A DNA stretch of 64,000 bases from Lama guanicoe (taxonomy: Eukaryota), in assembly GCA_013239625.1 (NCBI GenBank), contig MU057346.1, forward strand, positions 4,240,431 to 4,304,430, in the 5' to 3' direction. Shown one piece after another: positions 35,661 through 48,070 of this stretch. Position 1 is the stretch's first letter. Every line of letters starts with the position of its first letter. The notes under the pieces are model-generated. The model was not told where the DNA came from, did not search any database, and was given only the letters and a program-made list of their open reading frames with translations. The position numbers and the translations under genes were made by a program.

Positions 35661-37104
35661 TCCATCAAAGAGCTCTTATCCAGAATAGAAGCTGAAATTC
35701 TTTAAATCAGTGGAAGACTGGCAATCAGTGGAAAAGTGGGCAAAAGACTTGAATGGGCATTTCACAAAAGAGGATAACCATATGGACAATATGCATATGA
35801 AAAGATGCTCAATACCATTAGTCATCAGAGAAATGCAAATTAAAACCACAACAAGATGCCAACCAGAACAGCTAAAATGAAAAAAAAAAATGTAGTGGAC
35901 ACCACCAATGTCTGCAAAGATGTGAGGCAATTGGAAGTCACCTGCACTTTTGGGGGAGAGTAACATGGTACAACCACTTTGGAAAACGGGCAGTATCTCC
36001 TCAAGCCAAACACCAGCAACTTCTATGATGCAGCCATCTGCTGCTGTGTGTCGATCCAAGGAATTGTATGTCTACCAAGAGACAGTGGTGAGAGTGCCCA
36101 AAAGATCGTTACATAGTAGTTAAACCTTGAAGAAACCCAAATGTCCATCAAAATGGAACAGATAAATACCTTTTGGTACATACTTTAAAATGAATCACGT
36201 GTAATGGTGAAAAGTAATTAATTACTGCTATAGATATCAGCAGAGTTTAATTTCAGATTTGAGAACAAAAAACTAAATAGGAAAAAGTATATCCCGTATA
36301 ATAACAGTTACATACATTTCAACAACAGGCAATACTAATTTATGATGATAGAAATCAGGACTGTGGCTACTTTGGGGAGGAGGCAGTGGTGGTCACTGGA
36401 CAGGGACACAGAGGGCTTCCAGGGAGCTAATAACTATTGTTTTCTGACCTGGCTTGTGGGTCACATAGTGATTTTTTTTGGTTAAAAGTCTTTAAGCTTC
36501 GCCCTTAAGATTTGTGTACTTTTCCAAATATATGCTATAATCCATTAAAAAATGTCTTATTTTTTTATAGGTGTTGGTGATATGTCTGGTGAACTTGCAA
36601 AGATGTGCCCACAACATGTATCTGCTGAGCTTACATGGATCCTCCTAAGAGTGTGCTCACAGCTACCGCCACCACCCCTCCCCCCGACCCACCCCAGGTA
36701 GGAGATAACAATGTCTCTGGTGCCAACAGGCTGCCCATGCTGGGAGCTGTTGGTTCTGCTGTGGGTCAGCAGCAACATGTCCCTGAGCCTAGACGTGGTC
36801 CACCATTGTCTAGAGCCCTGGGGTGTCACAGGGTCAGCCTGCTCCTTTGCAAAGTGACTCATGTGTTGGAAACGGAAACTCTCAGATACAAGCTTGAGTC
36901 TGGGCCAAATGTATTCACAGGGTAAACAAACAGCTACAGGAAATTAAATTCACTTTCCTCCCCGCCACTTTTGGAGTTGGCAAAAAGGCATCAAAAGGGC
37001 AACAGAGGTTCCCAAGGCAATGCCCAGGAAGAAGACAAGAAGACGGAAGCAGCAACAGCCTTGCACAGAGACAACGGGCCAGAGATATATCGTGTGGAGA
37101 GAGC

Positions 37105-37290
37105 AACAGTGATGATGAGGATGGTGAATGACAACACAGCAGAGACAGCCCCCATATATTATACCCTGACTGCAAAGGTGTCTTGCTATTTAAATACTGG
37201 CAATTTCTTACCTAATTCTCACATTACCCACTCTGGGGCGGTGTTATCACATCTACATAGATGAAAAAAAAAATGGAGGCATACTTGAGG
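37105..37290 (-). mobile_element. MIR SINE with (GAT)n-like tail, decayed
   Basis: taattctcacattaccc...tacatagatgaaaaaaaaatggaggc. Confidence 0.5.
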
Positions 37291-37467
37291 GACCCCTCCC
37301 ATGATGGGATTACCCCTTTGCTAATGGAGTCAGAGAACTGGAAAACAAAAAACAAACAAAAAAACCCATGGACTTCGTTTGTAGATGTGTTTATGGAGGG
37401 AGCCAGTGATGGCAGGATTTCTAGGGGGACGTCCAAATGCTAGGAACGAAGCAGGTACTACTCTGTA

Positions 37468-37700
37468 GCGAGGGTTCTCAATCTCGGAGCTGCTGATTGC
37501 TGGGGCCAGGAGATTCTTGGTTGCTGCCCTGTGCATTGTAGAATGTTGAGCAGCATGAAGGTCTACTATACTGGGTGCTTTCCAAAATAATCTCATTTGC
37601 CCTCCTAATAACCCTGTGAAGAAGACATTATAGTCATTACACAAGACCCAGAGAGGTAAATGTTCTGGATTCAAACCCAGGCTCTGAGGTCATTGAGTCT
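37468..37700 (-). mobile_element. MER20 fragment (37468-37570) and MIR (37575-37700)
   Basis: gggttctcaatctcgg...ccctgtgcattgtagaatgttgagcagcat; aatctcatttgccctcctaataaccctgtgaa. Confidence 0.7.
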
Positions 37701-39351
37701 CTCCACCTTTGAACATGTGAAATGACTGTTCTTGGAATCAGAGCATCAGAGGAACCCCCTCTCACTGCAGGGGAACTGATCCCAAGGTAACGGCTTGCTC
37801 CCTTCACACCTGTTTCCTCATCTGTAAAATCAGGCTTATCCCCACCCTGCAGATCTCATTGGATTAGCTTGCAGAACACATAGGAGAATTCATGAGGAAG
37901 CTTCTGGACTTAATGGTAATCCTTAAAATTTGTTCAGGCTTTGTAGTTTTTGGTGACCTCATTTAGGTCAGTTTAATTTTCAATGTGCGGGGTTGTGAGG
38001 GGGGCAAAATCCGTAGAGGTTTTCCATCTCTTGGGGAGCAGTTCTAGTTTTACCTAAATTTTGAAAGTCTCTTGTGACACAAAGGATAGTGAGTCACTTG
38101 GCAAGCTCTGCGGTGTACAGAGCAGCTTCTAATGCAGGTGCAAATCCCAGCTTCAGACATCAATGCAGACCAAGTCTCAGAGTCTCTGGCAGGTCTCAGG
38201 TGATGACTGAAAGTACTACCTCCCACAAAGGACAGGAGAGGTGATGAAACCTGGGCTTTCCTCTGTGGTTGCAGCTCATGACAAATTTCCAGCCTAAGAC
38301 CTGGAGGCATGTTCACAGTGAGGAGGAGGCAGGGGGTCTTGATGCATGCAAACCCCATACCACTTGGCCACCTGCAGTCAGTGACTCATCCCTGCTCAGC
38401 CACCTAAACCTCCATGAGCACCTGGTCTAGGAAAGGTATGTGGGTTGTCTGGCTGCATAAACAGGGGAAAAAGAGAGACATCCCAAACCAGCACATTGGA
38501 GGCTGGTCACGTTCACTTGTGGCCAGTTCACTACAGCATCATTTTGCGTGCTGATCATCATTTTTCTGAGCTTTGTTTAGTAGTTATCATGACTGAGGAA
38601 AAAAACAGAGGAGGAAACTGCTTTCCAATAATCCAAGCAAGAAACTCAGGGAAGAACTACTTGTCAAAGAATGACATATTCACCAGAGGGGAGGCTTTAG
38701 ACCAGTTACTTTCAAACATTAGTGGATATAGTATTGCTCCAGATCTTGTCCATATGAAACTTTCTCAGCCTGGCCCTTGAGTTTCTGATTCACTAAACAG
38801 CTCTGCATTAGGCAGTTGTGAAATCCCACTTGGAGAAACTCCTTGAAAATATTTCCTAGTCATCACCGGCTTACAAAGTTTGTTTCTGGCTTGGGATAGA
38901 CATATTCATCACATCCACCCACTTTGAGAGACTCTAACTTAGGGATTCAAAGAAAAAGACAAGGAGGCTAACCAGGAGCGCAAGCATCCAGCCGGCAAGC
39001 AAGGTGCAAATATGGTGGACGCCCTTTTCTCCATGTCTGCTTCCTCAGTTCTGATGCTGTCCTTCCCCTGTTCTTACGAATAATTTTCTTTATCCTTTCA
39101 GAACAGAAGCAAATATTGTGGCACAAACTTTTTCTTCTTCTTCTCAGGCTTTAAATCTTACTGCAGTCACAAAAAGCGACTCCCTCAAAAAGGAATCATC
39201 TCTGCCAGGATCCTGTTTTATCAGGGAACCTGTTTCTTGGTCTGGGCACTGGGACAGGGACTGAGTATACCAGAAAGTCCATCTGTTTCAGGTGCACCTC
39301 CTTTGCAAGATCCAGCAGAGATCCTTTGAATTTGGGTCTCTGTAAACTCAT

Positions 39352-39775
39352 TTGTCTTAGAAGAGATGAGGTTGAGCTACGGGAAACAAACTAACCCTGG
39401 AATTTCAGTGAATTAATTTCACAAAGATTTCTCAGTGCTGGTCAATAGGCACAGCAGCTCCACATTGTCACTCAGGGATCCAAGCTAATGGAAACTCCAC
39501 CATCTTGTAGCTGAGCCATCGGAAGTGCATGGCTTCCAAGGTCATCTCAGTGGGGGTAGAGAGCAAGGAAAGGTACATACTGGCTTTCCCCTGCCTTGTC
39601 CCAGAAGTGACACTTTTGAATTTACCTGTATCCAGCTCTCTCCTTCCAGGCACTGCAGATTACTTTTCAGTCCCTTGCAGTTAAGTCAGCACCAAGTAAC
39701 CTGTTCTGACCAATGAGTTGGGAGCAACAGTAATCTCTGCAAGTCACCAGAGTTGATCAATTATCCTGCCTCACA
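39352..39775 (-). mobile_element. MLT1 (MLT1I/J-like) solo LTR with internal inversion
   Basis: gtcactcagggatccaagctaatgga; ggcttccaaggtc; ccagaagtgacac; segment 39615-39733 is in the opposite orientation. Confidence 0.75.
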
Positions 39776-40869
39776 AAACGAATTTTGTACAGTTTACTAA
39801 GATTGAACATAAGAATTAATATGTCCAGCTTGGACACCCTGAAGACTTTAATTGAAATGCCTCACCAAGTTACTATTAAGGTAAATATTTTATGTTGGCT
39901 TTCAATGAACAGTGTCATACTAAGAAAGGTTCCTGTACTCCCATGTTGAGGCAAATACATCACAGCTTTGTAATAAAAATATAAACAACTTAAAAATTAA
40001 AGATAATAAAACATTTCAGTGATATAATCCCCAGAAAAGTGTGATGTAGCTCAGCTATTTGTTACCAAAGCCTTCACACTAATTTGTTCTCCCCCTAATT
40101 TGTGAAATATCTTGCCAGTGATGCCTGGAGATGCATCTGCTCTGAGTGAGGTGGGATCTTCCCCCCTTTCATCTCTGAGTTTCTGTGTCATATAAGGATC
40201 TCCTTCTAATGTTCAAATCGGTCCACTTTAGAACGGCCACTTCCTGGTGTCAAGAGATAATATTTGAATTGCAGGCATGGCTAGCTTTGCCCCAATGGCT
40301 GTCTACTTGGTAAAGACCTGACAATGTCTGCCTCTACTTTTGTTCACTTTTTTCCCTAATGCTCTAGAATTTGTGCCCCAATTTGCTTCTCTATGCATCT
40401 ATGCAATGCCAAAGGAAAGGACCAAGGTCTGACATTTTTCCTGCTCTCAGCTGAGAGTCTATGGATGGCTTCTATAAAATGCCTACTACAACAGCAATGA
40501 GAAGATACTTTACTCTCTTTGTTTTGGAAAATCAGAGTATTTCTCAGGTCAAGGTCTGCCTAGAATGCCCTCCCTTACAACCCCTTTTCTTCCTCCTCTC
40601 TTTCACCTTGTTTCTCCAGCTGCAGGAGCTGAGCCTGCAAGCCCAGGGTTTGCAACAGATGTGCTGGCGTTGGGCGTGAACCCGGCAGCCACACACGAAC
40701 CAGGACTGCTGTTGCTGTGGGTTCCCAAGCTCGCCTAACGCTGTCCTAACCTGCCTCCACCTTGGGGCTGGGCTCACAGGTGCCATGCTCGTCCTGGCAC
40801 AAGTGGGGACACAGGCAAGTGGATTGGAATAAGAACAACAGACATCCCTGCGCTGGGGGAAGAACACTG

Positions 40870-41020
40870 GATTCCAAAGCAGCCTAGGCTGTATGACATG
40901 CAGTAAGTGAGTGACCTCTCTGGGCCTCAGCTCCGCACGTGCAAAGGCGACACTAGGACTTGCCCGAGAAAATTAAATGAGATATTGCACAAAAGATCTT
41001 GGCCAATGTGTGACTCATCC
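40870..41020 (+). mobile_element. MIR SINE, decayed
   Basis: gacctctctgggcctcagctcc...aattaaatgagatattgcacaaaag. Confidence 0.6.
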
Positions 41021-41807
41021 AAGGACCTCCAGGCGGGATGTCTCCTTAAAAAGGGGATTCATTGATTTATTTGGTTCGCTGTCAAATGTTTCCCAGGCCC
41101 ACCAGGTCCAATGAAGGGCTCAGAGCAAGCAAAGAAGCAGAGCCTAGAGACTAAATAATGAACCAGTAATGGGCAGGAAAAAAAATAAAGCTAGGACTTA
41201 GCTAAGGGGAAAAAAAATAGACACGATGACATATATTTACCTTTTTAGATAAGCATTCTCCACTTTCCAAATCAGCCCCGAAGCCTTTTTATTTGCTAAT
41301 GGATCAACTCCAAAGCGGGTGCCCTGGGAAATCACGTTGCGCCTAATCATTTCAGCAATAATCCCTGAAAAATTGGCCATTACTGGAAGTGACCAACCAT
41401 TTGGTTGTAACAGCCTGAAGCAAGATTATTAACAGCAAATGTGAAGATGATTATTTTAGCAAATTGCCGCTGATTGGTAAATTCAGAACACAAAGGCCTC
41501 ATGCCTGGCTGGAGTCTCTAAGAAATCATTTTATGGCCATAATAAATGTCTGCTGCTTGAGGTATAAAACGCCATTGAAGTCAGGTTTCTCTCTGTTTGA
41601 GGCAGGAAAGGGGCCCAGTTATGGGCAGGGATGGGTAGGATCTGTAGGTGGGGTGAAACGAAGGATGCTAAGAAAATTACCACCTCCAACTACTAACTTT
41701 GGGAGCCCATTTTTCCTATTTGCTGAGCCCATGGGAAGTCCAGTGGATTACAAGGCTCAGCGTGTGTATAATATGGTAGCCAATCTCAGTGAAATTCTTC
41801 TATCCAT

Positions 41808-42300
41808 GAATTAGTTAGATGTTTTTTGTTTGCAAGAAGAGAGGAACCCCAACCCAGACTTGTTTAAATAAAAATGGAATATATGGGTTCATATAAATGA
41901 AAATTCTGGGAATTTGCCTAGCTTCAGGCCTGGCTTAACCAAGGGGACCACACAGGGGCTCCCGGGTTCAGTTCTTCTTTGTCAGTTTCCTTGCTTTCCT
42001 TTCTCTGTGTCGGTCACACAGAAGGGAAGGTGGGGCAACAGGTCCTGATTTGCTCCTCTCCAGGTTCATACCTCTTTCCTGGGAGACCCAGCAATGGCCC
42101 TGCTGTCAGTAACCTGGATCCTCATCACCAGACCAGCCACAGTGATGGGAGAAGGTCAGGAGTGAACTGGACAGGACCACAGGCCAGAACCACAGGCCAG
42201 AACCATTCCCGGAACTAAAGATGGGCACAGAGGACTGGGGGGGAATCAGATCCTCTTAGGGACACTGAGGTGTGCTAACCAAGAGAAGGGGCTTGGAAGG
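41808..42300 (-). mobile_element. Old MLT1 (K/L/N-like) solo LTR
   Basis: attagttagatgtttttgtttgcaagaagagaggaaccccaacccagacttgtttaaataaaaatggaat...gcttcaggcctggctt. Confidence 0.65.
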
Positions 42301-42984
42301 AGGAGAGATGCACCCTTGCCCTCAAAATAAATATTTACCAAAGTGTGAGAATTCACCCTTTGATTAGAAAAAGACACTGGACTCTAGAAGAGGTTAAAAT
42401 CTTGAGGTCACAGAATGATAGCGAGCTGTCTGGGAAGAGATTTTCAGCAAAAATTGTGGCTGTTGCTCTTAATACCTTCATCACTAAAAAGAGGCAGGAC
42501 TTGGGAAAGTGACTTGCCCAAAGTGCATTTTTTTACCAGAATTTCTGAGTTGATGCTCATAGAGTAATTGCTCAACTCAGCTCCCTCCGCTGTAACGTTG
42601 CTTACTCAGAGGGGGGCTACGGATGCTGCTCCGTTTTGCAAGTTTACTCACAGAAAGGGCCTGAACATAAACGGGAAGCAAAGAAGGAGCAAGGGCCAGC
42701 AGTTAACTAGTGCCAGGCTCGCTCTTCCTCCCTCATGTGCCCACTGCCACACTCTCCACCCAGATTTACCCTATCGGTCTGGTTATGCCCTCAAACTCAG
42801 CCCCCAAGAAGCCTCTGGGCGGCGCCTGCCAATCAGTCATAGATGACTCCCAAATCAAAACTCGTTTGTCTCCTTCTAACTAGTGGTGTCAACCATCCCG
42901 CTCTTACTTCGTGCCAGGGAAATCCTCCGTGAGCCGTCGTCTCCACAGCCTGGCACACTGTGAAGGCTGTAGATATCAGAGTCA

Positions 42985-43400
42985 AACAAGTCTATCTTCA
43001 TCCATCAGAGCCAGAGCCTAAGACAAGGACTTCAGTGCAAGTAGTCTATGGGAGGTGATCCCTGGAAACACCGGTAGGGAAGTGAGGAGGTGAGACAGGG
43101 ACAGAAAGGCAGTAAATAAAAAGCAGTATCAAGCGAGCGGCTGCTGCAGGTAGTCAGACCTCATTCCCCGGGACTCTGGGAGCTTGTGTAGAACAGAAGG
43201 TACCATCGGAGTTCCCCCACGCTGGGAGTGGGAGGCAACAGGGCTTCCCTGCAGGTGCGGAGGTTGAGGGGAGCCCCCAGAAATGGGCAGAGTGGGCTCT
43301 GTTGGCCAGAAAACCTACTGAGCAGAGAAAAGCAGGTGCCAACAGTTGAAGGTCAGGCTAGCGCACACTCCAATGTACAGGGGCAGAGCCCCGAGGGCAC
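42985..43400 (-). mobile_element. LTR33 (ERVL) solo LTR
   Basis: agacaaggacttcagtgcaagtagtctatgggaggtgatccctggaaacaccggtagggaagtgaggaggtgagacagggacagaaaggcag. Confidence 0.8.
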
Positions 43401-44338
43401 CTGTTATTCACGGTCACTCACTGGGTTTATGAAACAGAGAATGCACCTTGTTCTCCTGAAAGTCCGTATTCCCGTTTATCACATCAGGAATCCAACACCT
43501 GCTCACAGGGTTCTTCTGCAGCTCAACTAGGCAGTGGCTGACGAGCTCTAGCATGTGGGGGACACCTAGACGCTGCTGGTTCTTTTCCCTTTGGTATGCA
43601 CTTTGCAACTCCGGAGGGGAAACTGGATTTACGGGACTTCTGACAGAAAGGCAGGACAGATGCCCCAACCCAGGACAGAGCACCCATTTACAGTAAAGGA
43701 GCATCCAGTGGTTTCCTCGCTTCAAACAAACAACCGCATGAGGCTCTCTTGGCCAAAGCTGGCACAAGGTGCCTTCCTTACTTAACTGGATTTAATCTTT
43801 ATTTTGTTTTCTGAAACTGAAAGGAAACAACCAAGCAAAAGGGTGGAACCATTTATCACACTGAAAGAAGAACCAAACCAGGGCTGACGCAGATTCCAGA
43901 GGAGCAGGGAAGGGCAAAGGTGGGAGGAAGTTAAGATCAATCACATTTGTGGTCCCTGGTCTTTGAGAACTTTCAGCCTCACTGGAAAGTCTCTCCATCA
44001 CCTGTTTAAACCCTGACTTTTGCATCTGCATCTGCATAGATTCTCACGCCTCCTTAACTTCGCACAATTCTTCCCTCTGCCTTGGATTCCTCTGTCTGCT
44101 TTCCTAGGTGCCAAATTTCACCAGATCGTTCAAGACTCTGACTTCTCCTCCGGCAGCGACCTTCCAAGTCCCCTAGGCTTCTGGAGCCACAGTTTTCTCT
44201 GCATGTCGTTGTGAAAGACAAGTCAACCAATGAGGACAGTACAGTGCAATAACCCCAGTCCTCTCCGTCACATCTGCCATTAAGAGAAACAGGGATTCGT
44301 GGGGTGGCACTGGCCAGTGAATAAGAAACACTGACTGA

Positions 44339-44534
44339 CAACAAAGGCCTACTGTAGAGCACAAGAAACTATATTCAATATCTTGTAATAACCTATAATG
44401 GAAAAGAATCTGAAAAAAATATATACATATGTAAAGCTGAATCCCTTTACTATACAGCTGGAACATTGTCAATCAACCATACTTCAATAAAAAAGTAGCT
44501 TGAAATTCAAAATAAATAAATAAATAAATTAATT
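44339..44534 (+). mobile_element. Lineage-specific L1 3' end
   Basis: cctactgtagagcacaagaaactatattcaatatcttgtaataacctataatggaaaagaatctgaaaaa...tacttcaataaaaaa, (TAAA)n tail. Confidence 0.9.
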
Positions 44535-44548
44535 AAAAGCACTGACCA

Positions 44549-44636
44549 GGGGGTAGGAATAGCTTGTGGTTGAGTGCATGCTTAGCGTACACAAGGTCCT
44601 GGGTTCAATCCCAGTGTCTCCATTTAAAAAAGAAAA
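44549..44636 (+). mobile_element. Camelid tRNA-derived SINE (Vic-type)
   Basis: gggggtaggaatagcttgtggttgagtgcatgcttagcgtacacaaggtcctgggttcaatcccagtgtctcc plus A-tail; same family as 21876-21981. Confidence 0.85.
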
Positions 44637-44679
44637 AAGAAGCACTGATTGATGGTGTGGACTCCGGGAGCTAGGCAGG

Positions 44680-45480
44680 GGCTGAGATCTCTATGAGTTC
44701 ACATTGTAAGGGACACTTCTGGGAGAAGATGGAATTGCGTGGAGGACTTGAGAGGTGCCCAGGATTTAGACAGACTGATGACAGATAGGCGGGTAAGCTG
44801 AGTGCCAGAGGTGGGAGATGGGAGGTGTGTGGAGGGAGCAGTTCCAAAGCGGAGGGGGCGTGCAGTGGGAAGTTAGTGGGGAAAATGGGACACAGCCAGT
44901 CAATGGATGAACATTCAAGCTTTTCCCCTACAGGTAGTCGGGGGGCTGCCAAAATGATCAGGTGACCTGAAAAATGGGATTTTTAGACTCTTCACCTGGC
45001 CAGGGTGACTGCGTGAAGACATGAGTTTGGGCACCACTGCAGCCAACCACAGGTGTGCTGTAGTCAGAATGCATCTGGGCAGTGAGTAAGCAGATGGCTA
45101 GTGCGAATTAGGGACATGCTGTTTGCTGGGCACAAGTCCGTCTTCTTTTCATACAGTAACTCATTTAATCCTGAAACAGACCTATTAGATAAGTACTGTT
45201 ATCATTCCCAGTTTTTCTACTGATGGGAAAACTCGGGTCCTGAGTGGCGAAGCCCCTTGCTCAAGGTCACTCAGTTACTACATGGCAGATCAGGATCCAA
45301 AAGCAGGCGGGCTGGCTGTCCCCTGCCTAAGCCCTTGCCTTCACCACAACACTAGCCAGAAGACCTGGATTCAAACCCCAAAGCTTTCATCATACCAGGT
45401 TCATGAGTTTGGAGACTGACCTTGGAATCTCAGTTTCCCTATCTGTCCAATGGGGATAATGGAACCTGCCTTATGCCAGA
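44680..45480. mobile_element. L2 (-, about 44680-44900), MIR (-, about 45100-45330), MIR (+, about 45350-45480)
   Basis: cttctgggagaagatggaattg; aactcatttaatcctgaaacagacctattagataagtactgttatcattccc...cttgctcaaggtcac; tctcagtttccctatctgtccaatggggataat. Confidence 0.7.
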
Positions 45481-46130
45481 GGCATCTAAGTGACAGAAAT
45501 GTTGAGCTTGGAGCTAAGGCTCTCTGAAAGCTCTCATCAGGGCTAAGTCCCCTCTGTTTCAACTGATCACATCAAGTTGTAATTAAAATGTATTAGGAAA
45601 GCAGAAGCCATCTTACAGCCCACACTATCCCCCACCCCAGTGGAGAGGATGGGAGGAGGCTGTCAGGCGGGGCAGAGAAGCCCTCTCCCCTGGGTCTACT
45701 GTTCACCCCACAGCCCCTCCCTCCAAGCCTAGCCACTTCCCAGATAGGGCTGATTTCTCCCTTAATTCAGTTCATTTAAGGTCTCCACCCTGTGGAAGAA
45801 ACACAGGAATCTGTGGCAGGGAACTCAGCAACATTTGTTCCCCAACCCAAGAATAAACAGAGAAAGCAAGCTCTCCACATCTTCAGAAGAGCATTTACTG
45901 TACTGGAAACAGATGAATTCTCTCTGTTTGCATTAATCGCCTGACTATTTGGTCCAATTATTCTTACCACTTCAGCAATCATGGTGTGCTTGTTCAAGAA
46001 GAAAGAAATAACAACAGCTTATCTTGTTGAGAGCAAAGAACAAACAGTGAAAAATCAGGGTCCGCTCCTAAATGCTACACTTGCTGTCATTGTGCTAAAA
46101 AGATGATTCATGTTCTCATAGCAACTCGGG

Positions 46131-46170
46131 TAAAAAAAAAAAAAAAAGAAAGAAAGAAAGAAAAAAAAAA
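46131..46170. repeat. A-rich tract with (GAAA)n
   Basis: A-run, gaaagaaagaaag, A-run. Confidence 0.9.
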
Positions 46171-47469
46171 GGAGGGTTCTGAAAAGGATTCAGTTGCAAT
46201 GGTTAAAAACCTTTTCAAAATCAGTCCAAAGGGAGATAAAACTCTCTATTTTTATCACCCAACTCGACTGGGCTGGCCCCCACCCCAAACACATTCCTCG
46301 CATTGACCAATTTACATAGACTTCAATAATTCTTTCAAATAACACATTTCATTAGAATAGGGTAATGGACAAAGCATAAATGCTGTTTGATCCCCTTTCT
46401 AAAGAACCCTTAAGGACTGCCAGTGTTTTCAAGGAACAGACAGGTTGGTGCTGAAAGAACCACAAAAAGAAACTGCAAGGTAGCTCAGAGGGACCGGGGA
46501 GCGACGGTGGAAATTCTGCCCCTCCTGTGACCCCTGATGATCTGCGGTGCCTGTTCCATGGGCCAGTGTCACTCTAGTCCTCTGCCTTCTCCCCATATGA
46601 ACTTTCCCACAATGAGACCCAGCAGCCCGTAAGAACCTAAGGGGAATTATTATTTTTTTGTTTGTAGACTTAGTCTTGAACCAACATGCACTCCATTTCT
46701 TGACCTGTTACTGGAATCCTGGGCTCTTGGCTTCCACATCACCCTTTGGTGAACCCAGGGAGACACAATGGGTATTTGTTTTAGTGCCAACTCCCAGTCC
46801 TCTCCTCAGCTGTGTCTGCTACTGTCATCTTAAGTAGTATGAAGCTTGATCCCATCTGGCTGCTAAGAGTGGACCTTGGTACCAGCCAAGAGAGTTTGGC
46901 TGTGGTGCCATAAACAGGAGACTAAGTTGAGGGCTTCAACCTCAAGGAATCATCGTTGTCTGATGGGACCATGGCTGGGGAACAATGGCATCAACGTATC
47001 TATATCAGGACAGGAGAGTCTCACCCTCTTCCAATCAGTCAATCCCAGTGGGTTGTGGAACAGCCTGGCTGGATGTTTTATTCGTTAGCAATAACAGAGA
47101 CCACAGTCTCAGGCAGAGGTTTCCCTTCCTTCTGGAGCCTTGGCTCACGACATGAACACGCTGTGGATGGAGGCCAGGTCACCGCTCACATACAGCTCGC
47201 TGCAGCAATCAGCGGCCTGCAATGAGGTGCACAACTTCCTTGTCCGTGTGGCTTCAGTGTCAAAAGCATCATTCCCAGGACTTCATGTACACGTGCTATC
47301 TTCTGTCCTCTGCCCACATCCACGGGCTCTAAATCCAGGTGCTGCCTTATTGAGAGCTAGGCCCCGAGCTGGCATTCCCCAGGGCTGGTGTGCACACTGG
47401 CATTTGGCAGAGCAGCGAGGAGGGTTGGAGAAGGCCATGGGAGTCACTCATTCTACCAGAAAAATATTG

Positions 47470-48070
47470 ACAGTGCTGGTCGAGTGTAGTGGGTAAGGCT
47501 AGAGGCTCTAGGATTCCCTGCATTTAAATCCTCACTCCGGCATTTGCAAGCTGAGCACAGACTCACACAAATTATTCATCTGCCTGGGCCTCAGTTTCCC
47601 CATCTGACAAATGGGGGATACTTATGAGACTCACTTAATTGGGGTTCTTTAAAGGATTAAATGGAACTGGTCATTCATTTAACAAGAATTTAGTGAGCAT
47701 CTACTCTGCTCTCAGGAAATTTCTCTTGATGCTTGTTCAGGAAAAGATTATAATAAAAGTAATAATAAAAACTACTCACATATTGTTGAGCACAATGCCT
47801 GGCACATTATAGCTCAAGAAACATTAGCTATGATGAACTGACCTACCATCCAACAGGCACTGCCATGGAACGTGAAAATTCTGCTCACCATCATGGTGGG
47901 GCTTCACCACAGTACTGTAAAGCAGCAGACAGTCTTGCTTTTTTACAAACAAGGAAACTGAACTTAGGAGGTTGAGTGGGTTTGTCTCATGTAAAACACA
48001 ATTAGCAAATAGGGGATCCAAGTTTGGACACAGATCCATTAGACTAAAACACAGGCTTTCAATAATATGT
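47470..48070. mobile_element. Tail-to-tail MIRs (+ 47470-47830 with an L2 tail inside; - 47830-48070)
   Basis: gtgtagtgggtaagg...gggcctcagtttccccatctgacaaatggggga; ttttacaaacaaggaaactgaacttagg. Confidence 0.75.

Larger units (their letters stand above)
31860..36555 (+). mobile_element. Ancient near-full-length L1 (L1M/L1ME-like): 5' region, ORF1 relic, internally deleted ORF2, 3' UTR; no intact ORF
   Basis: ORF1 relic (ctagaactaaaaagcacaattgctgaaataaaa; track ORF 33719-34123 ...MTDFSTEKME...ARISLK); EN start actacattaaatataaatgga; late ORF2 attctccccaagttgatctat...atttatatggaaatg; agagaaatgcaaattaaaaccacaa; 3' end tttgtgtacttttccaaatatatgctata. Confidence 0.85.

Noticed and set aside
35676-36059. 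127-aa minus-strand ORF
   Set aside because: Typical antisense translation of L1 ORF2 ([10 protein letters not shown]...EHLF)
36970-37135. Frame ending ...ESNSDDEDGE* that looks like a protein C-terminus or pseudogene
   Set aside because: T-poor purine-rich DNA keeps several frames open; the acidic run is the (GAT)n tail beside a MIR; no polyA or TSD
44549-44636. tRNA gene (also 21876-21981)
   Set aside because: Has pol III boxes but also an A-tail, TSDs and no intact cloverleaf, so it is a SINE
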